Below, in pieces: positions 63,726-64,000 of a stretch of 64,000 nt of DNA. The stretch is taken from positions 49,910,001 to 49,974,000 of the forward strand of contig NC_043013.1 in NCBI RefSeq assembly GCF_006345805.1, read 5' to 3'. A model generated the notes under the pieces. The model searched no databases and was not told the origin of the DNA. It worked only from the letters and a program-made list of their open reading frames with translations. The first letter of the stretch is position 1. Each line of letters begins with the position of its first letter. Made by a program: the position numbers and the translations under genes. This stretch comes from Octopus sinensis. Taxonomy: Eukaryota.

Positions 63726-64000
63726 TAAAACTGAGAATGTATGTCTGTCTGTCTGTGAATCCCTAAAACTTGAGAACTACTCAACCAATATCATTCAAAT
63801 TTTACACATGCCTTACTTAGGGTCCATGTAGTTTAATGGGCAAAAAAACCTTCTAGCTTCTTGCCTTGTGCGAGCCCACAGCAACATCATATCTTCTCCA
63901 CTATTTCAGTATTACCTGTTAAAAGTGAAACAAAAACGTCTCTCTATTGTAATGTCAGATAGTTTCACTTTAATAGTTTCACTTTAGTAGTTTCACTTTA
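63721..64000 (+). mobile_element. Possible Helitron-type 5' end (runs off window)
   Basis: TATATAAAA followed by (CTGT)n resembles the 5' ends of the other Helitrons here; 3' end not visible. Confidence 0.45.

Overview
AT-rich, microsatellite-laden animal genomic DNA, most likely an octopod cephalopod (inferred from the SINE/LINE repertoire, not verified). One host gene is supported: the last five coding exons of a Rheb-family small GTPase on the + strand (4142-16534, ending in CAAX box CVVS). Four of those exons have the same lengths (83/57/48/82 bp) as vertebrate RHEB exons 4-7. A candidate promoter and first exon of another gene lie near 59.8-60.3 kb. The rest is mobile DNA: three tRNA-derived SINE families, RTE-clade LINEs (one nearly full length, with a PHD finger inside the RT), CR1-type 3' ends, non-autonomous Helitrons, hAT/piggyBac/other MITEs, a maT-like relic and several Penelope-like element (PLE) fragments. 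The most striking pattern is a dense set of type I hammerhead ribozyme (HHR) folds. Some are intact (39115-39175, 39662-39784, 40552-40612, 50215-50256) and many are decayed, mostly inside long fold-back repeats near PLE RT/GIY-YIG fragments. Two families carry apparently compensatory core variants (G3:C8 and U3:A8), one in a 197-bp insertion with a 6-bp TSD. All folds were derived by eye and no activity is demonstrated. Most ORF-track entries are microsatellite or TE artefacts.
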